A stretch of 62,223 nt of DNA, the filler included, from Nitrospirae bacterium CG2_30_53_67 (GTDB lineage Bacteria; CG2-30-53-67), in NCBI GenBank assembly GCA_001873285.1. It is 6 parts of 6 records of this genome, joined end to end, with 100 filler letters (N's around TTAATTAATTAA, not from the genome) between each part and the next. Parts side by side here need not be neighbours in the genome. Positions count along the whole stretch, not along the records: positions 22,006 to 26,051 come from MNYV01000018.1; positions 26,152 to 39,753 come from MNYV01000045.1; 4 more parts are not named here. One strand, written 5' to 3'. This document shows positions 22,169 to 32,906 of this stretch, in pieces. Both the position numbers and the translations under genes were made by a program. The notes beneath the pieces were generated by a model. That model ran no database searches, was not told where the DNA came from, and was given only the letters and a program-made list of their open reading frames with translations. Positions within the stretch are counted from its first letter, which is position 1; every line of letters starts with the position of its first letter.

Positions 22169-24607
22169 TTGATATCCGCGAAGAAAAGACCGGGATCGGG
22201 TGAAAAATCAGGGAGGCTATGGGCCTTCTGGCTGTGGATGGCCGCGGCATGGTTCTGCTCCTATATCCCGCACGCATGGGCTGAGCAAGGGGTCTCTCCC
22301 ATCATCCGGAAGATCGAGATCGTGGGAAACCGGCGGATCGACAGCGGGACCATCCTGAACAAGATCGCATCCAAAGTCGGAGAGCCCCTGTCCATGGCAA
22401 CCCTGCAACAGGACATCCGGGCGATCTATGATACCGGAGGGTATTTCGAGAATGTGCAGGTGGAGAGCGAGCCTGTGGATGGGGGCGTCCGGCTGATCTA
22501 CCGGATCGAGGAAAAGCCGATTATCTCTTCGATCACGATTGAAGGGAACAAGGAGCTGGAAGAGGGCAAGATCCGGGATGCGCTTCTCTCCAGGATCGGT
22601 TCCCCTTACGACCTCAAGCGGATCAAGAGGGACAAGGAGGCCGTCTTGAAGCTGTACCAGAACGAGGGATTTTATTTCGCCCAGATCCAGAGCCGGGAGG
22701 AAGAGGACAAGAATCAGAACAAACAACTGACCTACAAGATCGATGAGGGGAAGAAGGTGATCATCGGCGAGATTTTTCTTCGGGGGAATGAGCATATCAA
22801 GGCCGGTGAGATCAAGAAACGCGCCATGGAAACCAAAGAGCACTGGATGCTCTCCTTCCTCACATCCGCCGGGGTCTTTAAACGGGAGATCCTGGACATT
22901 GATCTTGAGCGGATCAAAGATTATTATTACAGCCACGGCTATCTCGAGGTCAAGCTCGGAGAACCCGAGATTCTCTTCGCAAAGCCTAAGAGACGGACCT
23001 GGGACCGTTTTTATGAGGCCTTCAAAGGATGGGGATGGGCTGAGAACGAAATTGCGGTCACCATTCCGATCTTCGAAGGGGAACAGTACCGGATCGGGAA
23101 AATGAATTTTCGAGGCGCGACCGCCGTTCCCGATGAGGCCCTGCGAGCGGGCCTCTCCTCCAAGGAGGGTGAGGTTTTCAGCAGCGAGACGATCCGGTCC
23201 GACATCAAGGCCATCGCCCACCTCTTTGGTGAAAAGGGATATGCCTTTACCAGTGTTTCCCCTTTGACCGATCTGAATCACGAGGCCAGGACCGTGGATC
23301 TGACCTGGGATGTTGAAGAAGGAAACCGCGTTTTTATCGGTGAAGTGAATGTCATCGGGAACGTCCGGACACGGGACAACGTCATCCGGCGGGAACTCAG
23401 GTTCCGGGAGGGGGACCAGTACGATATTGCCAAGATCGACCGCAGCAAGGTCAGGATCAAGAATACAGGGTACTTCGAGAATGTGGATGTCTCCACCAAC
23501 CGGAGGGCCGGGGAGCAGGTGGTGGACCTGGATCTGAAAGTCAAGGAGCAGCAGACGGGCTCATTGAGTTTCGGCATCGGCGCCAGTTCCACGCAGGGGT
23601 TGATCGGGTCTTTTGATATCCGTCAGAAAAACATCTTCGGAACCGGGAGAGAAGTCGACCTTTCGGCTGTGGTGGGCGGTGAGGACAGCAATTTCAATCT
23701 CCGTTTCGTCGAGCCATGGCTCTTCGACAGAGAGGTCAGCCTGGGGTTCAATCTCTTCAAGACCATCAGCGATTATGATTCCTTCAGAGAGGAAAGCGCC
23801 GGCGGAAGCGTGACCTTCGGGAGAGCCCTGGATGAATACAGCAGCGGGTCCATCGGTTTCGACTATGAAGATATCAAATTTACCAATGTGGCCTCAAATT
23901 ACGATACGAATCTCACACAGACGCAGTCCGTCTTCGGGGTCACCTTGGGCTGGCGGCGCAACACCGTGGACAATATCCTCGATCCCTCCCGGGGTTACCT
24001 GGCCCGCGCCTCGGCCAAATTCGCCGGGCTCCTGGGGGATGCGAATTTCAACAAGTACTATGTCTCGGACCGCCTCTTCTATCAGGGGCCCTGGAAGACC
24101 ACGTTCTCCGTGGGCGCCGAGGCCGGGTTTGTGGACGTGAACTCCCCGCAGGATATCCCGGTGTCCGAGATGTTCTTCCTGGGCGGGATTGAGTCCTTGA
24201 GGGGCTACCAGTACCGGAGCCTTGGGCCGAGGAACTTTTACGGAAGTCTGATCGGCGGCCGCAAGCTGGCGCTGGCCAATGTGGAATATAATTTCCCGAT
24301 CATCCAGTCCGCCGGGTTCAAAGGATTCCTGTTTTTTGATGCAGGGAAGACCTTTGATCCGGTGAGCGAGACCACCATTACCTCTTATATCGAGGCCGAT
24401 ACCGATGGGGATGGATTCGCCGATGCCGTGAAGGCCGTCCGGAGGCCGAATCTGACCGACGGAGAGGTCTTGAAAAAGAGCTGGGGCATCGGTTTCTACT
24501 GGCTGTCACCCGCCGGGCCGATCAAGATTGTCTGGGCCAATGCCATCAATCCGGAACCCTTCGACTCGGTGGAGACGATCCAGTTCAGTTTGGGGACCAG
24601 TTTTTAG
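22169..24607 (+). CDS. bamA: Outer membrane protein assembly factor BamA
   Basis: Five POTRA domains, LRGY motif, C-terminal QFSLGTSF; start uncertain. Confidence 0.93.
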   Translation: MISAKKRPGSGEKSGRLWAFWLWMAAAWFCSYIPHAWAEQGVSPIIRKIEIVGNRRIDSGTILNKIASKVGEPLSMATLQQDIRAIYDTGGYFENVQVESEPVDGGVRLIYRIEEKPIISSITIEGNKELEEGKIRDALLSRIGSPYDLKRIKRDKEAVLKLYQNEGFYFAQIQSREEEDKNQNKQLTYKIDEGKKVIIGEIFLRGNEHIKAGEIKKRAMETKEHWMLSFLTSAGVFKREILDIDLERIKDYYYSHGYLEVKLGEPEILFAKPKRRTWDRFYEAFKGWGWAENEIAVTIPIFEGEQYRIGKMNFRGATAVPDEALRAGLSSKEGEVFSSETIRSDIKAIAHLFGEKGYAFTSVSPLTDLNHEARTVDLTWDVEEGNRVFIGEVNVIGNVRTRDNVIRRELRFREGDQYDIAKIDRSKVRIKNTGYFENVDVSTNRRAGEQVVDLDLKVKEQQTGSLSFGIGASSTQGLIGSFDIRQKNIFGTGREVDLSAVVGGEDSNFNLRFVEPWLFDREVSLGFNLFKTISDYDSFREESAGGSVTFGRALDEYSSGSIGFDYEDIKFTNVASNYDTNLTQTQSVFGVTLGWRRNTVDNILDPSRGYLARASAKFAGLLGDANFNKYYVSDRLFYQGPWKTTFSVGAEAGFVDVNSPQDIPVSEMFFLGGIESLRGYQYRSLGPRNFYGSLIGGRKLALANVEYNFPIIQSAGFKGFLFFDAGKTFDPVSETTITSYIEADTDGDGFADAVKAVRRPNLTDGEVLKKSWGIGFYWLSPAGPIKIVWANAINPEPFDSVETIQFSLGTSF

Positions 24608-24655
24608 CCCGTATGGGGATGGATCTTTATGATCATTTTCTATAGGAGTGTACCG

Positions 24656-25186
24656 ATGAAATCGAAAAAGAGTCTGACGAGTTCCCTGATCATTGCACTT
24701 TTTCTCTTCGGGGCGCAGGCCGCCTCGGCCAATGAACTCAAGATCGGGGTAGTGGATTTTCAAAAGGTCTTCGACCAGTCGGCCGTGATCCGGAAACTTA
24801 ACGGCGAGCTGGAGCAGAAGGTCAAGGCCGAGGAGGATCTCATCACCAAGAAGCGGGAGACCCTGCAGAAGCAGAAAGAGGACCTGGATAAACAGCAGTC
24901 CATCCTCAGCCAGGAGAAACGCGCCGAGAGGGAGGGTCAGATCAGGCAGGACCTCAAGGATCTTCAGCGCTATGCCACCGACAAGCAGGATGAGTTTCAG
25001 CGCAAGGGATCCGAACTCATGCAGAGTGTGATGCAGGAACTCACCAAGATCGTCCAGGAGATCGGGGAGAAGAATGGATACACGACCATTGTGGAACGAT
25101 CCGAGGGGGGCGTGGTCTTCTTCTCCAAATCCATCGACATCACGGACGAGGTCGTGAAGGAGTATGACAAGAGGGGCAATAAGTAG
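24656..25186 (+). CDS. skp: OmpH/Skp periplasmic chaperone
   Basis: Signal peptide, KIGVVD, coiled coil, DITDEV; position between bamA and lpxD. Confidence 0.9.
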   Translation: MKSKKSLTSSLIIALFLFGAQAASANELKIGVVDFQKVFDQSAVIRKLNGELEQKVKAEEDLITKKRETLQKQKEDLDKQQSILSQEKRAEREGQIRQDLKDLQRYATDKQDEFQRKGSELMQSVMQELTKIVQEIGEKNGYTTIVERSEGGVVFFSKSIDITDEVVKEYDKRGNK

Positions 25187-25188
25187 AT

Positions 25189-26051
25189 ATGTCTGAGCAG
25201 GAGAAAAAAAAGTTCTGGACACTTTCGGAACTGGCTGCCGAGGTTCAGGGGGAACTGGAAGGGGACGGCGCCGTCCGGGTTTCCGGAGTGGCCTCCCTTC
25301 AGGAGGCCGCCGAGGGGGAGATCACCTTTCTGGCCAATCCAAAATACCAGTCTTCCCTGAAGAAGACACGGGCCTCGGCCGTGATCCTCTCTCCGGGCAT
25401 CCCCGTGAAGATTCCGGCCATCCGCTCCAGGAATCCTTATCTGGCCTTTGCCAAGGTCGCCACCCTGGTGGGAAAAATCCCCTATAAATCTCTGGGCGTG
25501 AGCCCTGACCTGGTCCAGGACGAGGGATGCCGGCTCGGGCGGGACCTTTCCATCCACCCCAAGGTCGTCTTGGGGAGAGACGTCCGGATCGGGGACCGGG
25601 TGACGCTCTATCCCGGCGTGGTGATCGGAGATCATTCCGTGGTTGAGGAGGATGCCTTGCTCTATTCCTCGGTTCAGGTCCGGGAGGGCGTCCGTATCGG
25701 GAAAAGGGTCATCATCCATTGCGGGGCCGTGATCGGGAGCGACGGCTTCGGTTTCGCACCGGACGGGGAGCGCTATTTCAAGATCCCCCAACTGGGCGGG
25801 GTCAGGATCGAAGACGATGTCGAAATCGGGGCCAATACCACCATTGACCGAGGGGCCCTGGGGGATACGGTGATCGGGAAAGGGACCAAGATCGACAACC
25901 TGGTCCACATTGCGCACAACGTGGTGATCGGGGAGAATTGTATCCTTGCGGCGCAGGTCGGGTTTGCCGGGAGCACGGTCATTGGGGATCATGTCACCAT
26001 GGCCGGGCAGGTCGGGGTAGCCGGCCATCTGAAGATCGGAGACCACGTCAC
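25189..26051 (+). CDS. lpxD: UDP-3-O-acylglucosamine N-acyltransferase (truncated by gap)
   Basis: [29 protein letters not shown] hexapeptide repeats. Confidence 0.95.
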
Positions 26052-26151
26052 NNNNNNNNNNNNNNNNNNNNNNNNNNNNNNNNNNNNNNNNNNNNTTAAT
26101 TAATTAANNNNNNNNNNNNNNNNNNNNNNNNNNNNNNNNNNNNNNNNNNNN

Positions 26152-26337
26152 AACAGGGAGGATGCCATAAAGACCATGCAGTCTCTTCTCCCCCTATTCC
26201 AGGGTCTGCCCGTGGTCCTGGTGGCCGAGGAGGCAAAAGACAGGCCTCTTTATTTTGCCCGACCCGATCTCATGAATTTCCTCATGGATTTTCATCTCCC
26301 CAGCGTGGAGTGGAAGGCATATACCCTTGCAGAATAG
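26152..26337 (+). CDS. C-terminal part of a hypothetical protein (partial)
   Basis: Open frame NREDAIK...GLPVVLVAE...EWKAYTLAE* from the gap edge. Confidence 0.45.
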   Translation, partial: NREDAIKTMQSLLPLFQGLPVVLVAEEAKDRPLYFARPDLMNFLMDFHLPSVEWKAYTLAE

Positions 26338-26358
26338 TCTTCTTATTTTTGGTTCATC

Positions 26359-28407
26359 TTATTTTTCCACCTGGACCAGGCTGAAGTGAAAGGTCGGTCC
26401 GTGACCCATGTCCGCTTCACGCTCCGAGGTCAGGCCATTGATCCCGCAGTGATTGTACATGTCCCTTGGCCGCCAGATGGATTCAGCAACCACCACCCCG
26501 GGCTGAGTCTCTTCGGACACGAGTGCCGTGAGCCGGCATTCCCCCCTGTCATTGAATACCCGGACCTCTTCACCGTTTTGGATCTCCCGAGGAAGCGCAT
26601 CCTTAGGATGGATTATGAGGGTGGGATGCTTTTCCAGTGAACGGATCGATGGGAGTGAACCGAAGCTGGTGTTCAAAAAGTTGTGCGCCGGGGGCGTCAT
26701 GAGGGTCAGCGGGTAACGTTTCAGAAGTGAAGGGTCTTCTGAGACCTCGGCCGGGGGCGCATATTCGGGGAGCGGCGGGAGGCCGTGCTGTTTCATCCTC
26801 TCCGAATAGAACTCCAGTTTTCCGGATGGCGTGAAAAACCCGTTTCTAAAGGGGTTCCCGAACCTCTCCACGTTCAGACGGACAAAGCGTTTTTGTTTCA
26901 ATGTCTGCAAATCAATCCCCTCTCGGAAAGGGGATTCCGGCTCAAGAAGACCCTCCGCAATCTGATCTTCGCTTCTCCGGAAGAAGGGATCATCAAAGCC
27001 GAATCTTTGGGACAAAAGAGAGAAGAGTTCGTGGTTGGACTTTGCCTCTCCCACAGGGGGGATGACGGGTTCGGCCCACTGCAGGTAACACTGGCCATAG
27101 CTTTTGTAGAGGTCGGCATGTTCCAGCGACGTGGTGGCCGGGAGCACGATGTCGGCATAATCCACGGTATCGGTATGCATCTGTTCGTGGACCACCGTGA
27201 AGAGGTCCTCCCTCATAAGCCCTTTGACCACAAGGCCCTGGTTGGGGACCACCGCGGCCGGGTTGGAATGATAGACAAAAAGACCCTGGACCGGAGGGTC
27301 GTCCAAATCCGTCAACGCACGGCCCAGGGAGATCATGTTGATCGTGCGGGGATTCCTGTCTCCGAGCAGGGATTCCCCCACCACCGCCTCCATGTTCAGC
27401 TCGAAGAAGGAGCCGGTCATCAGGGTGATCCCGCCCCCGCGTTTTTCAAAGGCGCCCACCAGAGCAGGGAGGCACGCCACGGTCCGTACGGCCATGCCGC
27501 CGCCGCTCTGTCTGGACATCCCCATGCCCAGACGGATGAAGGGGGCTTTGGCATGAGCGTACCTTCGCGCAAGGTCCTTGATATGCTCTTCAGGGACGCC
27601 GGTGATCTCCGAGACCCGTTCCGGCGGGTATGACTCCAGCTTTTTTTCGAGCCGGTCAAATCCGTAGGTCCATCTCTCGATGTAGTCCTTGTCGATCCAT
27701 CGGTTCCGGGTTAGAAGATGCATGATCCCCAGGGCCAGGGCCGTGTCGGTCCCTGGTTTCAGGCGGATGTGGATGTCTGCGATTTTTGCCGTTTTATTTC
27801 GGTAGGGATCGATGACGATGAGGGTTGCCCCCTTGTGTCTTGCTTCTTTGATCAGCGGGAGGATATGCACGTTGGTGGAGGCCGCGTTGATCCCCCAGAG
27901 GAGGATGAGGTCCGAATCCACCATGCACTCGGGATCATGGCTGATCCCCCGGCCTATGGTATAGTCCCAGCCGGCTTCGGCCGTGGTGGAACAGATGGTC
28001 CGCATGAGACGGCTTGCGCCGAGACGGTGAAAAAAGGCATGGCCGGCATTGCGGTTGATCAGCCCCAGGGTCCCTCCGTAGGAAAAGGGGAGGACGGCCT
28101 CTGCGCCGAACCTTCGGATGATGCCGGTGAACCGCTCAAAGATCTCATTGAGGGCCTCTTCCCAGGAGATCGGCTGGAAGGCGCCTTCCCCTTTTTTGCC
28201 TATACGTTTAAGAGGGGTCTTGATGCGGAGGGGGGAATAGATCCTCTCGGGAAGGTAATGCATCTTCCCGCAGATGAATCCCCGGGTATAGGGATGTTCC
28301 GGGTTCCCGTCTACCGAGACCACGCGTCCTTGTTGTACCGTGACCAGGAGGCTGCAACAGTCCGGACAGTCGTGCGGGCAGACGGATAGATGTTTCTGTT
28401 CATCCAT
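26359..28407 (-). CDS. Molybdopterin-dependent oxidoreductase (DMSO reductase family)
   Basis: CPHDCPDCC...CGK Fe-S motif; WGIN, PGTD, ADIVLPAT, TPSGKLEF. Confidence 0.9.
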   Translation of the reverse strand: MDEQKHLSVCPHDCPDCCSLLVTVQQGRVVSVDGNPEHPYTRGFICGKMHYLPERIYSPLRIKTPLKRIGKKGEGAFQPISWEEALNEIFERFTGIIRRFGAEAVLPFSYGGTLGLINRNAGHAFFHRLGASRLMRTICSTTAEAGWDYTIGRGISHDPECMVDSDLILLWGINAASTNVHILPLIKEARHKGATLIVIDPYRNKTAKIADIHIRLKPGTDTALALGIMHLLTRNRWIDKDYIERWTYGFDRLEKKLESYPPERVSEITGVPEEHIKDLARRYAHAKAPFIRLGMGMSRQSGGGMAVRTVACLPALVGAFEKRGGGITLMTGSFFELNMEAVVGESLLGDRNPRTINMISLGRALTDLDDPPVQGLFVYHSNPAAVVPNQGLVVKGLMREDLFTVVHEQMHTDTVDYADIVLPATTSLEHADLYKSYGQCYLQWAEPVIPPVGEAKSNHELFSLLSQRFGFDDPFFRRSEDQIAEGLLEPESPFREGIDLQTLKQKRFVRLNVERFGNPFRNGFFTPSGKLEFYSERMKQHGLPPLPEYAPPAEVSEDPSLLKRYPLTLMTPPAHNFLNTSFGSLPSIRSLEKHPTLIIHPKDALPREIQNGEEVRVFNDRGECRLTALVSEETQPGVVVAESIWRPRDMYNHCGINGLTSEREADMGHGPTFHFSLVQVEK

Positions 28408-28498
28408 GATGATGGCCTGGCGTCATGGGGTGTTGAATGCAATCAATCATGAGCATGGATCAATCGTCTGATTTATTATCGCGCGTCAGGACGGAAAG

Positions 28499-28518
28499 AT
28501 TGTGATATGCGTCACAAT
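28499..28518. promoter_or_regulatory. CRP/FNR-family (HcpR-like) or Rex-type operator
   Basis: ATTGTGA-TATGCG-TCACAAT palindrome about 100 bp upstream of the oxidoreductase start. Confidence 0.6.
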
Positions 28519-28579
28519 TGAATCACAATTTAATGCAGCAAAAACTTCCCGCCTATGAAAGCCGAGAGTCCCTGCTGAA

Positions 28580-29167
28580 TTAAGGTTGGCCGCTATGGCA
28601 GCCGGGACATACAAAATGGCAGGTGAACCATGGCTCTTCGTGGGAGTAGTCCGGGATCATATCGAGGTACATCTGGGTTCCGCATATCCTGCACTTGAAC
28701 AGGTTCAGCCTGAAATCCGAGGAGAGGCATGAGGCGTCCCCCGACTCATCCTGGATGGCGAGCCTGTAGCTTTTTACATTTTTATACTCGACATGAGAGC
28801 TGAGCATCTTGCGGATCTTTTCCAGGACGTCGTTCGGCTTGGTCACGGATTTGATCAAGTAGTCCTCAGCGCCGAGCTTCATGGCCTTTTCAATCTCTTC
28901 GGGCTGTCCCTTGGCCGAGAAGACGATGATCGGGACCTTTGCGGTTTTGGGGTTGCTCTTCACAACCTGCAGGACCTTGAACCCGTCCACAACAGGCATC
29001 ATGAGGTCAAGAAGGATCAGATCGAACTGATGATCGGATACGGCCTTGATGGCTTCCATCCCGTTTCTGGCGGTGACCACATCATACTTTTCAGTGACCA
29101 GTTTTGTCTTGTAGATATTGAGAATGATTTCAGAATCTTCCACCAGGAGGATCTTATTTTTCTGCAT
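28580..29167 (-). CDS. Response regulator receiver with C-terminal Cys-rich (Zn-ribbon-like) tail
   Basis: LLVED, DLILLDLMMP, YLIK; CRIC...CPGC. Confidence 0.85.
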   Translation of the reverse strand: MQKNKILLVEDSEIILNIYKTKLVTEKYDVVTARNGMEAIKAVSDHQFDLILLDLMMPVVDGFKVLQVVKSNPKTAKVPIIVFSAKGQPEEIEKAMKLGAEDYLIKSVTKPNDVLEKIRKMLSSHVEYKNVKSYRLAIQDESGDASCLSSDFRLNLFKCRICGTQMYLDMIPDYSHEEPWFTCHFVCPGCHSGQP

Positions 29168-29234
29168 AGGCAGACTCCATAAAAAATTAGTTTATTCATA
29201 CCTGAAAAATATGAAAAGACCCTTGATCTTCCGT

Positions 29235-30005
29235 TTATTTGCCTGGACTCTCGCCTAACTTACCCATCCCCTTGTTCAAAAATGGTGTGAACAGATCGAT
29301 GGGGAGCGGAAACAGGATCGTGGAGTTGTTCTCCGATGCGATCTCGCTCAGGGTCTGCAGGTAGCGAAGCTGCAGGGCCATGGGATGAACTTCGATGATC
29401 TTGGATGCCTCGGCCAGCTTGGTTGCAGCCTGGTACTCGCCTTCCGCGTGGATGACCTTGGAACGCCTCTCCCGCTCCGCCTCGGCCTGTTTGGCCATGG
29501 CCCGCTGCATCTCCTGGGGAAGATCAATGTGCTTGACCTCCACCAGGGAGACCTTGATTCCCCAGGAGTCGGTCTGTTTGTCGATGACCTGCTGAAGTTC
29601 ATGGTTGATCTTGTCCCTCGCAGAGAGGATCTCATCCAGTTCGGCCTGTCCCAGGATGCTGCGGAGCGTGGTCTGGGCAAGCTGGGAGGTGGCATAGAGG
29701 AAGTCCTCTACTTCGATGATCGCTTTTTCCGACTGGATTACGCGGAAATAAAGAACGGCATTCACTTTAATAGAGACGTTGTCCTTAGTAATGACGTCCT
29801 GGGGGTCGATATCCATGGCCACGGTCCGGAGGGAAACCTTGACCATCCGGTCGATGATCGGGATCAGGATAATGAGGCCCGGACCCTTGACCGAGAGAAA
29901 ACGTCCCAGCCTGAAGACCACGGCCCTGTCATACTCCCGGATCACCTTGATGGCGGAGGAAAGGAAAAAGATCACTAATATAAGAATAGGTAGAATTTGT
30001 ATCAT
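29235..30005 (-). CDS. SPFH/stomatin (slipin) protein
   Basis: [34 protein letters not shown]. Confidence 0.93.
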   Translation of the reverse strand: MIQILPILILVIFFLSSAIKVIREYDRAVVFRLGRFLSVKGPGLIILIPIIDRMVKVSLRTVAMDIDPQDVITKDNVSIKVNAVLYFRVIQSEKAIIEVEDFLYATSQLAQTTLRSILGQAELDEILSARDKINHELQQVIDKQTDSWGIKVSLVEVKHIDLPQEMQRAMAKQAEAERERRSKVIHAEGEYQAATKLAEASKIIEVHPMALQLRYLQTLSEIASENNSTILFPLPIDLFTPFLNKGMGKLGESPGK

Positions 30006-30025
30006 AACGGTTCTCCTTTTATGGT

Positions 30026-31318
30026 TTAGCGTACCTTGCGCTTGACAATCAGGACGAGCCCTTGCATGCCGGTGACTTCCACATCCTCTCCTTTCTCAAT
30101 CTTCGTTCCGCTCCTGGCTCTCCATATTTCACTGTGAAGGAAGACGGATCCCTCCGGGTCAATATCGGTTTCAGCCTTGCCCGTCAGCCCGATGAGACCC
30201 TCAGGACCGGAGGCCCTTTTTTTGCCATGAATCCCTACGGCCATGCCGACGACCCAAAGGAAAAACAGGGCCGTGACCGCGACCGTGGGGTAGATGACTG
30301 CTTTGGAGATCCTGAGGTAGGGTTCCGGTGATTCGATCAGGAGGAAGGAACCCAGGACCATGGAGATGACCCCGCCGATGGAGAGAATCCCGTGGCTCAC
30401 CACCTTGATTTCGGCGATAAAAAGGATAATGGCAAAAATAATCAGGAGAAGTCCTGCATAATTGATCGGCAGGGACTGGAAGGCATAGAACGCCAGGATC
30501 AGGCAGATCCCTCCCACCACCCCGGGTAGAACGGCCCCCGGGCTCGTGAGTTCGAAAAAGAGCCCGTAGAATCCGAGGATCATGAGGATGTAGGCTACAT
30601 TCGGGTTGGTGATGGTGTCCAGGATACGGTAACGGATCCCTTTGGGGAGTTCTTTGACCGGGATCCCCCTGGTCTGCAGGGCGACCTCTTTGCCGTCCAC
30701 CATGACCTTCCGGCCGTCGGTCTGTTCAAGGAGGTCATTCAGGTCCTTTGCGATCAGGTCCACGACCTTGAGCTTGAGCGCCTCATCCGCCGTGATGGAG
30801 ACACTCTCCCGTACCGCTTTTTCGGCCCATTCCTGGTTGCGCCCCCGTTCTTTTGCAATGGAACGGATATTGGCGGCGAAGTCGTTCGCAATCTTTCTGG
30901 CCATTTCCTCATCCATGGCTTGACCCCCGATATTAACCGGATGGGCGGCCCCGATGCGGGTCCCCGGGGACATAGCGGCCACATGCGCGGCAAGGGTGAT
31001 GAAGACTCCGGCGGACGCGGCGCGTCCGCCGTTTGGAGCCACATAGACGATCACGGGGACCTTGGAGGTGAGAATCCCTTTGACGATCTTCTGCATGGAT
31101 TCCGCAAGCCCTCCTGGCGTGTCCAGTTGGATAATGAGGCACTCCGCCTGATCGGATTCGGCCGTTTTAATGGATTTAAGGATGAAATCCATGGAGACCG
31201 GATTGATGACGCCGTCAATCTCGATCCGATAGGCTTGCTGATCAGAGGCGGAGCCGGACAAGAGAAAGCCTGAAACCCCTGAAACCAGGAAAAGAACAAA
31301 GAGAAATAAACGCTTCAT
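30026..31318 (-). CDS. nfeD: NfeD membrane-bound serine protease (long form)
   Basis: LDTPGG, AASAG, IGAAHPV; C-terminal OB fold; paired with SPFH gene. Confidence 0.92.
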   Translation of the reverse strand: MKRLFLFVLFLVSGVSGFLLSGSASDQQAYRIEIDGVINPVSMDFILKSIKTAESDQAECLIIQLDTPGGLAESMQKIVKGILTSKVPVIVYVAPNGGRAASAGVFITLAAHVAAMSPGTRIGAAHPVNIGGQAMDEEMARKIANDFAANIRSIAKERGRNQEWAEKAVRESVSITADEALKLKVVDLIAKDLNDLLEQTDGRKVMVDGKEVALQTRGIPVKELPKGIRYRILDTITNPNVAYILMILGFYGLFFELTSPGAVLPGVVGGICLILAFYAFQSLPINYAGLLLIIFAIILFIAEIKVVSHGILSIGGVISMVLGSFLLIESPEPYLRISKAVIYPTVAVTALFFLWVVGMAVGIHGKKRASGPEGLIGLTGKAETDIDPEGSVFLHSEIWRARSGTKIEKGEDVEVTGMQGLVLIVKRKVR

Positions 31319-31521
31319 GCAGGACTCCTTGTCTGAACCATTCGCCATCTTTATACTGCAAAAACAATGTTTTGTCTATTCTTATTCTGTTTCCGTCTTG
31401 ACACTTCAAAAATATATGGTATTTTGAAAAGGTGAGGACCGGATTCTATGATCCATGGGCCGGGCAGTGATGTCAAGAATGTTCATCAAGGGTCTTCGAT
31501 TCCTTGGGTGAGGGGGGCTCT

Positions 31522-31701
31522 ATGAGAGAAAAACGAATCGGTCTGGATCGAAGGAGCGGAGTCGACCGGAGAAGCGGGATCGAAAGAAGGACTTATGCCG
31601 TCGGCGGATACTACTCGCCCCAGCGGAAACTTTTGGATCGGAGGGGAGGGGAGAGGAGGCGGGAACATCGGAGGTCGGAATCCTCCATGGGAACCGTCTG
31701 A
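31522..31701 (+). CDS. Small Arg-rich protein with DRR/ERR repeats
   Basis: REKRIGLDRRSGVDRRSGIERR..DRRGGERRREHRR; RBS GAGGGG; upstream TTGACA-16-TATTTT at 31398-31425. Confidence 0.55.
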   Translation: MREKRIGLDRRSGVDRRSGIERRTYAVGGYYSPQRKLLDRRGGERRREHRRSESSMGTV

Positions 31702-31760
31702 GCCGGCTGAAAAGGGATAGGACCGGTTACTGTGCCGTCATAAGATGGCGATTGGACTCC

Positions 31761-32879
31761 TTATGGGTGATTTAAAATGGGTTCTAATGCTATGACTCCG
31801 GGCATGAAAATCTCTTTCTCTTTTCGGACGAGTTTTAAAAAAATGCCGGCAATTTTGGGATTGAAATGGGTCCCGCTGCATTTCCTGATCTCCTCGACGG
31901 CTTCTTCGAAGGTTTTTTTCCTCTTGTAGCAGCGATCCGATGTCATGGCATCAAAACTGTCGGCAAGGATCAGGATGCCGGTTAAGTCATCAATCTCCTC
32001 CCCCTTGAGTCCGTCCGGGTATCCCTTGCCGTCCCAGCGTTCGCTGTGGTGGCGGATGATTTCAACTTCACGCTCAAGGAACTTGATGGGGGAGAGAATG
32101 CTCGCGGCAATGGTGGGGTGGCGTGATATGCAGGCCCATTCCTCAGGCGTCAGCGGCTCTTCTTTATTCAGGTAGGCGAGATCGATGACGAGTTTCCCGA
32201 TGTCGTGCAGCATGGAGGCCCTCTTGAGAATCTGGATCTCCTTTTCTTGAAGAGCCATCTCTTCAGCGATTCGAATGGCGTACCGGGTGACCCGTTCGGA
32301 GTGGCCTGCCGTATAAGGGTCTTTTTCTTCGATGGCCTTGGTCAATGAGCTGATCACGTACAGGCAGATTTCCTGTATCTCCTGAGCATGTTTCTCAAGC
32401 TTTAGGTTCTTGTCCCTCAGTTCCATAATCTTCTTTTCAAGGTGCTGAACCAGTTTCCGGCTGTACTCTTTGAGGTAGTGGGGCTCTTCGGCGGCGGATA
32501 CATGTTCCCTCTTGCCGTGGAGAAAAGAGAGGATGAGTTCGGGAAATTTGCGGACGTCTATGGGCTTGGAGATGTAACCGTCGCATCCGGCGGCCAGGGA
32601 TCGTTCCCTGTCTCCTTCCATGACCCTTGCCGTCAGGGCGATCACGGGGATCTGATTGAGTTCCGGAATAGCCTTGATCAGCGTGGCGGCCTCATACCCG
32701 TTGATGCCTGGAATCCCGATGTCCATGAGGACCAGATCGGGTTTTTCCTCCTGTGCGGCACGGATGGAACTCAGCCCGTCATCGGCTTCAACCACGATGT
32801 AATGGTTGGCCTCGAGAATCCTGCGGATCAGTTTTTTGTTCTCGATGTTGTCTTCTACATAGAGGATCTTGTAAGGCAT
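31761..32879 (-). CDS. Response regulator with HD-GYP c-di-GMP phosphodiesterase domain
   Basis: REC domain; HSERV, LHDIGK, HHSERWDGKGYP, DSFDAMTSDR. Confidence 0.92.
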   Translation of the reverse strand: MPYKILYVEDNIENKKLIRRILEANHYIVVEADDGLSSIRAAQEEKPDLVLMDIGIPGINGYEAATLIKAIPELNQIPVIALTARVMEGDRERSLAAGCDGYISKPIDVRKFPELILSFLHGKREHVSAAEEPHYLKEYSRKLVQHLEKKIMELRDKNLKLEKHAQEIQEICLYVISSLTKAIEEKDPYTAGHSERVTRYAIRIAEEMALQEKEIQILKRASMLHDIGKLVIDLAYLNKEEPLTPEEWACISRHPTIAASILSPIKFLEREVEIIRHHSERWDGKGYPDGLKGEEIDDLTGILILADSFDAMTSDRCYKRKKTFEEAVEEIRKCSGTHFNPKIAGIFLKLVRKEKEIFMPGVIALEPILNHP

Positions 32880-32906
32880 AGGCTTTTTACCTCTTAGAAA
32901 TAAATT

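Noticed and set aside
22217..26046. Long antisense ORFs over bamA, skp and lpxD (also over valS and ETF-QO)
   Set aside because: Shadow frames of GC-rich genes with no recognisable motifs
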